Assembly: GCA_963555825.3 (NCBI GenBank)
Contig: CAUVXB020000002.1
Span: 2,336,001-2,400,000, forward strand
DNA: 64,000 nucleotides
DNA from: Alphaproteobacteria bacterium
Lineage (GTDB): Bacteria; Pseudomonadota; Alphaproteobacteria; JAAXGF01
Direction of reading: 5' to 3'
Within the stretch, counting starts at the first letter, position 1. Each line of letters opens with the position of its first letter. Positions 1 through 10,374 of this stretch are shown one piece after another. The notes beneath the pieces are model-generated. The model had not been told where the DNA came from, did not search any database, and saw only the letters and a program-made list of their open reading frames with translations. A program made the position numbers and the translations under genes.

Positions 1-707
1 GCCGCGAAGAGAGAGGTCGTGCCGTGGCGCTTGTAGTCGTGGCTGCGCCGCTCCGCCTGCCCGGGGCGCATCGGCAAGAGGGGCTGGGAACGGTCCAGGG
101 CCTGGATCTGGCTCTTTTCGTCGACACAGAGAACCAGGGCACGATCCGGCGGCGCCAAATACAGACCGACGATGTCGCGGACCTTCTCCACGAAGAAGGG
201 ATCGCTCGACAGCTTGAAGGTCTCCGAGCGATGCGGCTGCAAGCCGAAGGCCCGCCAGATGCGATGAATGGTCGAGGGCGCGTGGCCGCTCGCCCGCGCC
301 ATCGAGCGAAGGCTCCAATGGGTCGCGTCCGGCGGCGTCTCTTCCAGCGTCAGCCGGACCGCTTCCGCGATGGCGTCATCGCCGATTTGACGCGGCGCGC
401 CGGGGCGGGGTTCGTCGTACAGACCGTCGAGGCCCTCCGCCGCATAGCGGCGACGCCACTTGCCCACGGTGTCCGCGCTCGCCTCGAGACGAACGGCGAT
501 CTCCTTGTTCTCCAACCCTTCCGCCGCCGCCAAGACGATCCGAGCCCGCCGCGCAAGCCCCTGCGACGTCTTGCGACGACGAGACAGCGCCTCCAATTCG
601 GCGCGCTCGTCATCGCTCAAAGAGATCGTCACCGCCACTCTCGCCATCAATCGCGCCTCCTAAAAACAAATAGAGACATAATCATATCAATTTATCGATC
701 AGGACAC
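1..707 (-). mobile_element. IS630-family element (partial, runs off window start); transposase N-terminal part at 1..647
   Basis: Reverse complement of the element at 26096..27274; end GGACAC followed by TA(G) at 708-710. Confidence 0.92.
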
Positions 708-1703
708 TAGCCATTTAACACCGTTTTTTCTCTGGTTCTGGTCGGGGCATGCATCGAAAACCTGCCCCGGTTGCAACTCGGAACCGGAGAAAAGACCATG
801 TGGAATCTTTCCCTAAACCAGTCTCGTGTCGACCGCCTAAAACCACAAAACTCTACCTACGACATCCGCGATACCGACCTTAAAGGTTTCGGGATCAGGA
901 TCCTGCCCTCGGGCAAGAAAAGCTACTTCCTTCAAACGCAGTACGAAGGCCGGCGCCGCTGGACGAAGATCAGCGATGCCGACGCCATGTCCGAGGCCGA
1001 GGCCCGGTCGCAAGCGCGATCGTTGTTGGCAGCCATCAGGAAAGGACAGGACAGTGTCCCCGATCTACCGGCGGATATCGCTTTCGAGGCAGTCGCCGAT
1101 GAGGTGTTTGCGTATTACCGGAGGCACTGGAAACCGCGGACGCTCGCCGTCAACCTGAACTACTATGAGAACAATATTCTGCCGTGGTTCAAGGGGCGGC
1201 AATGCCTCGGGTTTGGCCGATCGCCGGTATTACGCGGCCTGAGGTGCTGGAATGGTTCGAGTCGCTTCACGCGAAGCCGGCCTCGGCGAACCGATCTCTA
1301 CCGGCGCTGTCGGTCATCCTGCGGCAGGCCGAGGAGTACGGATACAGGCCAGAGGACAGCAACCCTTGCAAAGACATCAAGCGCTACCGCCGCCGCGCTC
1401 GGGAACGCTTCCTGTCGCCAGATGAAATCCGTCGCGTCGCTGAAGTTCTGAATCGGTATGACGTGACGCGCCCGGCCCAGGCAGCTGTTATCCGATTGTT
1501 GTTACTGACGGGGTGTCGCAAGGGCGAACTTTTTACCCTCAAATGGCGGGATTACCGGGAAGGCAAACTCTTCCTTCGGGATAGCTGAGAACGGCAGAGC
1601 AATAATCCCCCACTGAAGCGGCCGGTCGATCCGGCTGCGGCGGACCAAAATGGGACCGCGTATAGCCTTCTGTCAGGGTTGCTCTGACTGGAAGGCGGGG
1701 GGG

Positions 1704-3203
1704 ATGTATCGGGTGGAGTTGTACGCACGGGTTCGGCGGGCGTGTCATGTCGAGGGGATGAGCACCCGCGAGGCCTCGCGGGTGTTTGGTGTAGACCGCA
1801 AGACGGTCCGTAAGATGCTGTCGTTCTCGGTGCCGCCAGGGTATCGCCGAAGCGCGCCGCCGAGGCGGCCAAAGCTGGGTCCGTTCACGGGAATCATCGA
1901 TCGGATCTTGGAAGACGATCGGACCAGCCACCGCAAGCAACGGCACACTGCGAAGCGCATCTTCGACCGCCTCCGGGACGAGTACGGTTTCACGGGCGGC
2001 TACACCATCGTGAAGGACTACGTTCGTGAGCAGGGGCTTCGGTCGCGTGAGGTGTTCGTGCCACTCTCCCATTCCCCCGGTCACGCCCAGGCGGACTTCG
2101 GCGAAGCGATGGCGGTGATCGGCGGCGCGTTACGGAAGATCCACTTCCTTGCCTTCGACCTTCCCCACAGTGATGGTTGCTTTGTTGCGGCCTATCCGGC
2201 GGAGACGACCGAAGCATTCTGCGATGGCCACAACGCGGCGTTTGCCTTCTTCGGCGGCGTCCCCCGATCCATCCTGTACGACAACACCAAGCTGGCGGTT
2301 GCCCGGATCCTGGGCGATGGGAAGCGGCAGCGAACGCGCGTCTTCACGGAGCTTCAGTCCCACTATCTGTTCGAGGACAGGTTCGGCCGGCCGGGCAAGG
2401 GCAACGACAAGGGCAAGGTCGAGGGACTGGTCGGCTTCATCCGGCGGAACTTCCTGGTCCCCGTCCCGCGTGCCGAGAGCTTCGCGGCCCTCAACGATGC
2501 TCTCGCCGAACAGTGCCGCCGGCGCCAGGCGGCGCGGCTGCGGGGCCACAAGGAGACCATCGGCGAGCGTCTCGAGCGGGATCGTCAAGTTCTCTTGCCA
2601 TTGCCGCCTGCTCCCTATGATGCCTGCGATAAGCGCCCTGGACGGGCGAGTTCGCTGTCGCTGGTGCGTTACCGCAGCAACGACTATTCCGTGCCCGTGG
2701 CCTACGGCCACCGTGAGGTGCTCATCCGGGGCTACGTCGATGAGGTGGTGATCAGCTGCGGGGCCGAGGTGATCGCCCGGCACCGCCGGTCCTACGACAG
2801 CGAGGACCTGATCTTCGACCCGCTGCATTACCTGCCCTTGATCGAGCAGAAGATCGGCGCCCTCGACCAGGCCGCGCCGTTGGCGGGCTGGGACCTGCCC
2901 GAGGCCTTCATCACTCTGCGGCGGCTCCTCGAAGCTCGTATGGGCAAGGCAGGCAAGCGCGAGTACGTCCAGGTGCTCCGTCTACTGGAGACCTTCCGGC
3001 TCGAGGAGGTCGAGGGTGCGGTCGGCGACGCCCTGCGGCTCGGCGCAATCGGCTTTGATGCGGTGAAGCACCTGGTACTGTGCCGCATCGAGCGGCGGCC
3101 GCCCAGGCTCAACCTCGACGTCTATCCGTATCTGCCGCGCGCCCGGGTCGCGATGACGTCCGCCAAGTCGTACATGAGCCTGCTGTCGGGGCTCGGCGCA
3201 TGA
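1704..3203 (+). CDS. istA: IS21 transposase IstA
   Basis: N-terminal HTH, QADFG, LYDN, KGKVE DDE motifs. Confidence 0.95.
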   Translation: MYRVELYARVRRACHVEGMSTREASRVFGVDRKTVRKMLSFSVPPGYRRSAPPRRPKLGPFTGIIDRILEDDRTSHRKQRHTAKRIFDRLRDEYGFTGGYTIVKDYVREQGLRSREVFVPLSHSPGHAQADFGEAMAVIGGALRKIHFLAFDLPHSDGCFVAAYPAETTEAFCDGHNAAFAFFGGVPRSILYDNTKLAVARILGDGKRQRTRVFTELQSHYLFEDRFGRPGKGNDKGKVEGLVGFIRRNFLVPVPRAESFAALNDALAEQCRRRQAARLRGHKETIGERLERDRQVLLPLPPAPYDACDKRPGRASSLSLVRYRSNDYSVPVAYGHREVLIRGYVDEVVISCGAEVIARHRRSYDSEDLIFDPLHYLPLIEQKIGALDQAAPLAGWDLPEAFITLRRLLEARMGKAGKREYVQVLRLLETFRLEEVEGAVGDALRLGAIGFDAVKHLVLCRIERRPPRLNLDVYPYLPRARVAMTSAKSYMSLLSGLGA

Positions 3204-3964
3204 CCGACACACCGCAAGTGCTGCTCGCCCACCACCTCAAGACGCTGAAGCTGCCGACCTTCCTGCGCGAGTACGACAAGATCGCCCGGCAGTGCGCCTC
3301 GGAAGGCGTCGATCACGTCCGCTACCTGTTGAGACTCGCCGAGCTCGAGCTGATCGACCGCGAGCGCCGCATGGTCGAGCGGCGCATCAAGGCGGCGCGC
3401 TTCCCCGTGGTCAAGAGCCTCGACAGCTTCGACTTCAAGGTCATCCCCTCGCTCAACAAGGCGCTGGTCCTGGAGCTGGCCCGCTGCGAGTACATCGAGC
3501 GCCGCGAGAACCTCATCGCGCTCGGCAACAGTGGGACCGGCAAGACCCACATCGCCCTCGGTCTCGGCCTGGCGGCCTGCCAGAAGGGCCTCTCGGTCGG
3601 CTTCATCACCGCCGCCGCGCTGGTCCACGAACTCATCGAGGCCCGCGATGACAAGCAGCTGCTGAGGTTCCAGAAGAAGCTCGCCACCTACAAGCTTCTG
3701 ATCGTCGACGAACTCGGCTTCGTGCCGCTGTCGAAGACCGGCGCCGAGCTGTTGTTCGAGGTGTTCAGCCAACGCTACGAGCGGGGCTCGACCCTGGTCA
3801 CCACCAATCTGCCCTTCGACGAATGGACCGAGGTGTTCGGCTCCGAGCGCCTCACCGGCGCGCTCCTCGATCGCCTCACCCACCACGTCAACATCCTCGA
3901 GATGAACGGTGACAGCTACAGGCTCAACCAGAGCCGCAGGCGTCAAACCCCGACTGCTAACTGA
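3200..3964 (+). CDS. istB: IS21 helper ATPase IstB
   Basis: GNSGTGKT Walker A, LLIVDELG Walker B, LLDRLTHH; ATGA overlap with istA. Confidence 0.95.
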   Translation: MTDTPQVLLAHHLKTLKLPTFLREYDKIARQCASEGVDHVRYLLRLAELELIDRERRMVERRIKAARFPVVKSLDSFDFKVIPSLNKALVLELARCEYIERRENLIALGNSGTGKTHIALGLGLAACQKGLSVGFITAAALVHELIEARDDKQLLRFQKKLATYKLLIVDELGFVPLSKTGAELLFEVFSQRYERGSTLVTTNLPFDEWTEVFGSERLTGALLDRLTHHVNILEMNGDSYRLNQSRRRQTPTAN

Positions 3965-4518
3965 ACCGACCACCCAGCCCACGCTTGACCCCGTGGGCCC
4001 ACAGGTCCCTCCCGCGCGCGCCGCCGCGTCAGCCTGTTGAGGGCACGCCGCGTCGCGCGCGGGGCCCTCCCGTGGACTACGGGGACAAGCCCGCAGCCGC
4101 CAAGCGGTCCCTTCTTACACCGCCGAGGTGGTCCCTTTTTGCTCCGCCATTGACAGATAGCAAATCGGGGCCGCGCACGGTCTGGCTGTCGTCCGCCGCG
4201 CGGGAGGTGCTGGACCGGTTGCCCAGGAAAAATGCATGGGTCTTTCCCTCGCATTGGGGCAACTTGGAGCATCTGTCGGGAATCGCCGATTTCTGGCGGG
4301 ACGTGTGCACGGAAGCCAGCATACGCGATGTCCGGCCGCACGATCTCAGGCATACTTACGCCAGCATTGCCCTCATGCATGGCGAAACCGTGCTGACCAT
4401 AGGCCGGTTGCTGGGGCACGACCAACCGGGGACCACGCTCAAATACACCAACTTCGCCGATGCGGCAGCCCGAGAGGCGGTCGATGCCGTCTCGTCGGTT
4501 CTGCGGAGGGTTTGAGCC

Positions 4519-4620
4519 ATGGCAAGGAAGATCAAGCTGACCGATACAAGGATCAGCAAGCTCAAAGCCGGGGATGTCGAATACATAGTTTGGGACACCC
4601 GGATTGACGGGTTCGTTGTG
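4519..4620 (+). pseudogene. N-terminal stub of a second arm-domain integrase
   Basis: MARKIKLTDTRISKLKAGDVEYIVWDTRIDGF starts 3 bp after the first integrase stop, then decays into AT-rich DNA. Confidence 0.65.
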
Positions 4621-4829
4621 TGTGATATTATACCATTGATCTAATTGGTATTTTATATGTACTCATTTCTCCCGTAAGCGAAACGAAAGCGAATTCAATC
4701 AAACTCCAGCGCTTGCGGGCGCATCTCTGACGTAGCTCCCGGCGGCCCATCGGGGGCTGCCCTTGCGGTGGACACCGGCAAAGTGCCCGCCGGTGCGTAT
4801 CTCAAGTGCCTCATCGGCAAGCTTGCCGC

Positions 4830-5235
4830 TGATTTCGGCACCATCGAGCACCCACCAGGGGCGAAGACCACTCGCATCCGCGGAGCCCTCCGCGTGCCTC
4901 TCCACGCATCGCCAAGGGGAAGCTTCGGCCATAACAGGATAGCTCAACACCTCGTCACGCAGCACCTCCGAAAGCCGGCGCCTGACGGCCAGGCCCGCAT
5001 AGCGCTGGACGCGACCTTCTCGTTGCTCGAGATCGAGTGGATTGGACGAGATATCCCAATGAACCGCATTCGCGCACCGGGGGTGAAAATCGAGACCCTC
5101 CTGACCAACGGACGTTGTTGCCAAGACATGTGGCCAGAATGGCGTATTGAAACTCCTGCGGACTTCATCGGGGCGGACTGGAGCGGCTTGCGCTTTGCCG
5201 CCCGCCACCTTGACGACGGGCTGGGTCTCGGCGTC
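4830..5235 (-). pseudogene. C-terminal fragment of an SF2 helicase, 5' part removed at the IS3 end
   Basis: FNTPFWPHVLATTSVGQEGLDFH (motif V) and LEQREGRVQRY (motif VI). Confidence 0.8.
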
Positions 5236-6746
5236 TGTCTGACGTCAGCGCCTTTGGGATAAATTGAGGTAATTGCATAACGGAGGATTTCTGGCTCATC
5301 GTAGTGACCGAAGGGAACGAAGATGAGACAGAAATCAATGAGCAAGAACGACCCGGCGGAGAGAACGGTTCGGGATATTCGCCGCAAGACACGCAAGCAG
5401 TATACGGCCGAGGAGAAGATCCGGATCGTGGTGTCGGGCCTGCGCGGCGAGGAGAGCATCGCCGCCTTGTGCCGCCGCGAGGGCATCGCCGAGGGTCTGT
5501 ATTACAGCTGGTCGAAAGAGTTTTTGGAAGCGGGCAAGAAGCGGCTCGCCGGCGACACCGGGCGCCAAGCGACCTCGGGCGAGGTTAAAGGCCTGCGCCA
5601 GGAGATGCGCGACTTGAAGGAGTTGGTCGCCGAACTTTCGCTGGAGAACCGGCTTCTCAAAAAAACATGATCGGGCATGGGGGAGACGAGGAATGAGGTA
5701 TCCCGCATCCGAGAAGCTGGAGATCATCCGCCTGGTCGAGCAGTCCCACCTGGGCGTCGGGTCCACTTTGGACAAGCTGGGCATTCCGAAGACCACCTTT
5801 TATCGCTGGTACGATCGCTTTCTGGCCTTTGGCGACGCCGGTCTTGAGGATCGCAACAGCAGCCCGGGCCGGGTGTGGAACCGGATCCCGGATGATGTCC
5901 GGGGGCAGATCATCGATCTTGCCCTGGAGGAGACGCAACTGTCGCCCCGGGAACTGGCCGTCAGGTTTACGGACACCAGGGGCTACTTTGTCTCGGAAGC
6001 CTCGGTTTACCGGCTTCTCAAGGCCCACGACCTGATCACCAGCCCCGCTTTCGTGGTCATCAAGGCAGCCGATGAGTTCCGCGACAAGACCACGGCGCCG
6101 AACCAGCTGTGGCAGACCGACTTCACCTATCTCAAGGTCATCGGCTGGGGCTGGTTTTACCTGTCGACCATCCTGGACGACTATTCCCGCTACATAATTG
6201 CTTGGAAGCTCTGCACCAACATGACGGCGGACGATGTGACGGCAACACTGAAGTTGGCGCTAGAAGCCTCAGGCTGCAATCGCGCCAATGTCGTCCACAA
6301 GCCGAGGCTGCTCAGCGACAACGGCTCGTCCTATATCTCCGGCGATCTGGCTGAATGGCTCGAGGACCACGGTATGGATCACGTTCGGGGCGCACCGTAT
6401 CACCCGCAAACCCAGGGCAAGATCGAGCGCTGGCATCAAACGCTGAAGAACCGGATCCTGCTTGAAAATTATTATCTACCCGGCGATCTCGAAAACCAGA
6501 TCAGCGCCTTCGTCGATCACTACAACAACCAACGCTACCACGAGAGCATCGGCAACGTAACTCCAGCCGACGCCTACTTTGGACGCCACACCGCCATCAT
6601 CGAAAAGAGAAAAAGGATCAAAAAACTGACCACCCAAAACCGCCGCTTGAACCATCAACGCCAAGCGGCTTAACATCAAACAAAGATGAGCCAGATCCTC
6701 CCTTATGAAACACGCTCAACAGTCCCATTTGTTTTGATGACGGACA
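5236..6746 (+). mobile_element. IS3-family element (type A); orfA 5323..5670, orfB 5693..6673
   Basis: Imperfect TGTC... IRs; A-run slippery site CAAAAAAAC at the orfA end; rve DDE motifs WQTDFT, SDNGSSY, GKIERWH. Confidence 0.9.
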
Positions 6747-7838
6747 GTCGCGCACCTCGGTCCAGGGTGCCTGGTTGCCGGGCCGCAGGAGCCCTCGGAC
6801 CTTCAGCTTGAGCCGAGCCACGCTCTTCCTGGACGGGCTCGCCCCCAGATACCAGTGGCCATCCTTGCGAAAGCGCTGCGAGCCGAAGCTATAGCCCAGG
6901 AAGTCGAAGCTCTCCTTGCGGCCATCGCGGACGCTGGTCTTGGCCTCGTTCAGGGTCAGTCCCAGCCGGGTCATCACCTGCCGCGTCCAAGCCAAGGCCT
7001 CCCTCGCGTGTCCGCGACTGAGGATGACAAGGTCATCGGCATAGTTCACCACCTCGGCGCGGAACCTTGTGCCCTGCCCGGTGATCCGCCAGTACTTCAG
7101 AAAGCGGTTCATGTAGAGCGCGGCGAGCAGCGGCGAAACAATCCCGCCTTGCGGGGTTCCCGGTGTGCTCCCCCGGCCGCCCGTCATGCGCCGCTTGCCA
7201 TCCCCGTCGGTCTCCTCGACCGGTGTCTTGAGCCACAATTTGATCAGGCGCAGGACGTTGCGATCGACGATCCGGCGCGCAACCGATTGCATCAGTTCCG
7301 CATGGGAAATCGTATCGAAGTACTTGGACAAATCCGCGTCAACCACGTCCGTGTAGCCGCGACAGAGAAGCTTGTGGACCGCCTGGACGGCATCGCCCGC
7401 AGAGCGTTTCGGTCGGTAGCCATAGGCACTGGGCTCGAGATCGGCCTCGAAGATCGGTTCGATCACGAGCTTGACGGCGCCTTGCACCACCCGGTCCCGG
7501 ATCGTCGGGATGCCGAGCGGTCGTTCGCCGCCGCCGGGCTTTGGGACCATCGCCCGCCGCACCGGCTCAGGTCTGTACGTCTTGGCGCGAAGGTCGTCCC
7601 TGATCCCGGACAGCCACCCCTCCAGCCCCATCGCCTCGATCTCCTCGAAGCTCTGTCCATCCACCCCCGGCGCGCCCTTGTTGGACCGCGCCAGTCGGTA
7701 GGCATGGAACAGGATGTCTTCGCGGTAGACCTTGTCGTAGAGCAGGTAGAAGCGGAAGTCCGGTTCCGCCTTCGCCTTGAGATAGAGCTTCCTCTGGAGA
7801 GTCCGGATCTTTTCAGGTGTTTGCAGGCGCATCGCCAA
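6747..7838 (-). pseudogene. ltrA: Group II intron reverse transcriptase/maturase, C-terminally truncated
   Basis: GAPGVDG, RPLGIPTIRDRVVQ, DADLSKYFDTI, GTPQGG, YADD, FDFLG motifs. Confidence 0.92.
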
Positions 7839-8322
7839 TCACCCCGCCTCCTCTCCGTCAAAAGCGCACCAGAAGTAAGGGTGCTTCCCTCCGCCGGCAT
7901 TACCCGGCATCAACGGTACTATCACCCTTTCCGATTCCCGCCCGCGCCGCCACCCGAGGTGACGTTGAGGCCGCTACCCTCGCCCGCGACGGGCCTCCCC
8001 CGATTACCCGTATCACCTTCCTTGCGTGCCGTGCCCACTACCCCGGCGGACCGGAACGGGTGCATTCGTCGGTTACTCCCCCGTTCCACGCGGCCTTCCC
8101 CTAATCTCAGGAGGGTCGGCGTCCACATCTTCACTTTCGAGGCCTGCTCAGGCTTCACTCGCGTTCGGCCCGCAAGGTCGCTCAACCGCCCAAGGCGGCC
8201 TTTGTCACAGGGCTTCGGTCCCGCCGGTTACCAGACAAGACCGCCTGTCAGCTACCAGATCAAACCGACAACTGTCTGGGTGGATCCTTCCTCCACTGGT
8301 GTTACGCGCCGTCGGGGCGCAC
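6747..8322 (-). mobile_element. Group II intron (IIC-like), 3' part deleted at the IS3 end
   Basis: 5' end GUGCG at 8322; ~480 nt structured leader before the RT ORF; no domain V/VI left. Confidence 0.88.
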
Positions 8323-8338
8323 TGAGAAGTCCGGGATG

Positions 8339-8927
8339 AACGGGTGCTGGCCTTCTACAACGACCGGGGCACAGCCGAGCAGCACATCAAGAAGGGCAAG
8401 TATGCGCTCAAATGGACGCGGCTCTCCTGCATGCGCTTCGCGGCAAACGCCGCTCGTCTCCGCCTTCACGGACTTGCCTACAATCTGGCGAACTTCCTGC
8501 GGACGCTGGCGACGCCCGAGGAGATCGAGCGCTGGTCGCTCACCAGCCTCCACGAACGGCTGATCAAGACCGGCGCCCGGTTGGTGCGCCATGGCCGCTA
8601 CGCCGCGTTCCAGATGGCCGAGGCCTTGCTGCCACGGGCAGTCTTCGCAGGTCTCCACGACCTGATCATTGGACTGCGCGATCCGCCGGCTGGAGCATTG
8701 TCCGCATGATCGAAACCGCGTCCAGAGCGGCGGCACGCACTGATGGTGACGGGAGAGGTGCGACCGGAACATGGCAACATCATGCTCCTCGCGGGCCCTG
8801 GACGGCGTTGGCGCGCTTTCCGACCCCGGCACGGACTATACAACAGGCTGCACGGGCGAATCTCCGCTTGATAATCGCTTTCGTCAGTGGCACGATCACC
8901 GAAGGGAATGCAAATGGGGAATCCTGG
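8339..8927 (+). pseudogene. IS1380-family remnant (transposase 3' end plus right terminus)
   Basis: FYNDRGTAEQHIK...LAYNLANFLR matches the C-terminus of 15899..17257; end TGGGGAATCCTGG resembles the IS1380 IRs in this window. Confidence 0.85.
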
Positions 8928-9002
8928 CTGACATGACTCACCGCGAATCCGAAACTCGGGCTTGCAAGAAATCAGTCGTTGGACAAAGGGAGGACATACC
9001 TG

Positions 9003-10190
9003 ATGCAAACAACAAAGATGAGACTTCATCGTCGTGATTTTCTGAAGGCTTCGACCGCTGCCTCGACAGCCGCGGCATTCGGAGCATTTGCTCTGGCCGG
9101 GAACGGGGCCGCCATTGCGGCAACACAAGCCACCGATAAAAGCGGGTCAATGATGGTTGCCCAGGCGTCGATGACCGAAGGGGACATCGCCGCTCTTCCG
9201 CGCTTCAAGCTTGATCTTGTCGCCCCGCCTTTCGTTCCAAAGCACGATCAGGTCGCATCCGGCGGGCCGAAGGTGGTCGAAGTCACAATGACCGCTAAAG
9301 AGATGCGTTGGACTGTCGATGACGGAGGCGCCGAAATCTGGGCCAGTACATTCGACGGTTCTATTCCCGGTCCGCTGATCGTCTGCCATCAGGACGACTA
9401 CATCGAGTTGACGCTCAAGAACCCGGCGGAAAACTTGATGGAGCACAATATCGATTTCCACGCATCCACGGGCGCACTGGGCGGTGGAGGGCTGACGCTC
9501 ATCGGTCCCGGTGAGGAGACAGTGTTGCGCTTCAAAGCCACGAAGCCGGGCGTCTTCATCTATCACTGCGCCCCTGGCGGCCAGATGATTCCCTATCACG
9601 TCGTGCATGGGATGAACGGCGCCATCATGGTCCTGCCCCGCGAAGGTCTGACCGACGGGAAAGGCGGTCTGCTCTCTTATGACCGCGCATACTATGTCGG
9701 AGAGCAGGATTTCTATATCCCGAAGGATGAAAACGACGACTGGAAAGTCTACGACGGAATGGCCGAGAACTTCGGCGACGTCTTTCCGATCATGCGCTCT
9801 CTGGTTCCGACCCATCTCGTGTTCAACGGCAAGGTCGGTGCCTTGACAGGCGACGGCGCCATGAAGGCGGCCGTCGGTGAGACCGTGTTGTTCATCCACT
9901 CACAAGCCAACCGTGACTCGCGCCCGCATCTGATCGGTGGTCACGGCGACTATGTTTGGGAAAACGGCTCTTTCGCCGATGCGCCGGCGACCGGTCTCGA
10001 AACCTGGTTTATCCGCGGAGGCTCGGCGGGCGCAGCGATGTACACTTTCCGTCAACCGGGAGTGTACGCTTACCTGAACCACAACCTCATCGAGGCGGTT
10101 GAACTAGGCGCTTTGTCGCATGTCGTCGTCGAGGGTGAGTGGGACGACAACTTGATGAAACAGGTGAAAAAGGCAACTAAAATGCCTTGA
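9003..10190 (+). CDS. nirK: Copper-containing nitrite reductase (NO-forming), Tat-exported
   Basis: RRDFLK Tat motif; [31 protein letters not shown] Cu ligands; GGAGG RBS. Confidence 0.96.
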   Translation: MQTTKMRLHRRDFLKASTAASTAAAFGAFALAGNGAAIAATQATDKSGSMMVAQASMTEGDIAALPRFKLDLVAPPFVPKHDQVASGGPKVVEVTMTAKEMRWTVDDGGAEIWASTFDGSIPGPLIVCHQDDYIELTLKNPAENLMEHNIDFHASTGALGGGGLTLIGPGEETVLRFKATKPGVFIYHCAPGGQMIPYHVVHGMNGAIMVLPREGLTDGKGGLLSYDRAYYVGEQDFYIPKDENDDWKVYDGMAENFGDVFPIMRSLVPTHLVFNGKVGALTGDGAMKAAVGETVLFIHSQANRDSRPHLIGGHGDYVWENGSFADAPATGLETWFIRGGSAGAAMYTFRQPGVYAYLNHNLIEAVELGALSHVVVEGEWDDNLMKQVKKATKMP

Positions 10191-10259
10191 TGCGTGCCTA
10201 TCCGCTTTACGCATACACACACTAGGGGTAGATTGTGTGCGTAAAATGGCGGGTCAAAC

Positions 10260-10286
10260 TCGGATTTCTCACCGGATTTCTCACCG
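10260..10286. repeat. Tandem 12-mer (C/T)CGGATTTCTCA x2 followed by an AT-rich tract
   Basis: Direct reading; same core as the MITE TIR at 34850. Confidence 0.7.
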
Positions 10287-10374
10287 AAGAATAGTGTGGA
10301 GTCTGATTATCTATTGTAAACAAACAGTTATATAAATTTTCGGGAAGCGACAAAAATACAGGGTGTTTTTCCGT

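Larger units (their letters stand above)
1586..4155 (+). mobile_element. IS21-family element, copy 1
   Basis: TG...CA ends, 6-bp target duplication GATAGC (1580-1585, 4156-4161), istA-istB pair. Confidence 0.95.
798..4515 (+). pseudogene. Tyrosine recombinase/phage-type integrase with arm-binding N-terminal domain; frameshifted near 1200 and split by IS21
   Basis: YDIRDTDLKGFGIRI arm domain; catalytic motifs TGCRKGEL, HDLRH, LLGH, TTLKY; the halves rejoin in frame (FLRDS|KSGPR) when IS21 and one GATAGC copy are removed. Confidence 0.9.

Noticed and set aside
24-710. Long ORFs antisense to transposases (also 3122..3982, 17642..18988, 19013..20284, 26093..27316, 46958..48286, 60795..62357)
   Set aside because: Shadow frames of GC-rich transposase genes with no independent motifs
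5233-6749. GTC as a true target duplication of the IS3 type A element
   Set aside because: The two flanks belong to different truncated genes (helicase and RT), so a 3-bp match is probably chance or target preference
6747-7838. Retron, DGR or Abi-type reverse transcriptase
   Set aside because: GUGCG 5' end, long structured leader and RT0-RT7 motifs are those of a group II intron protein
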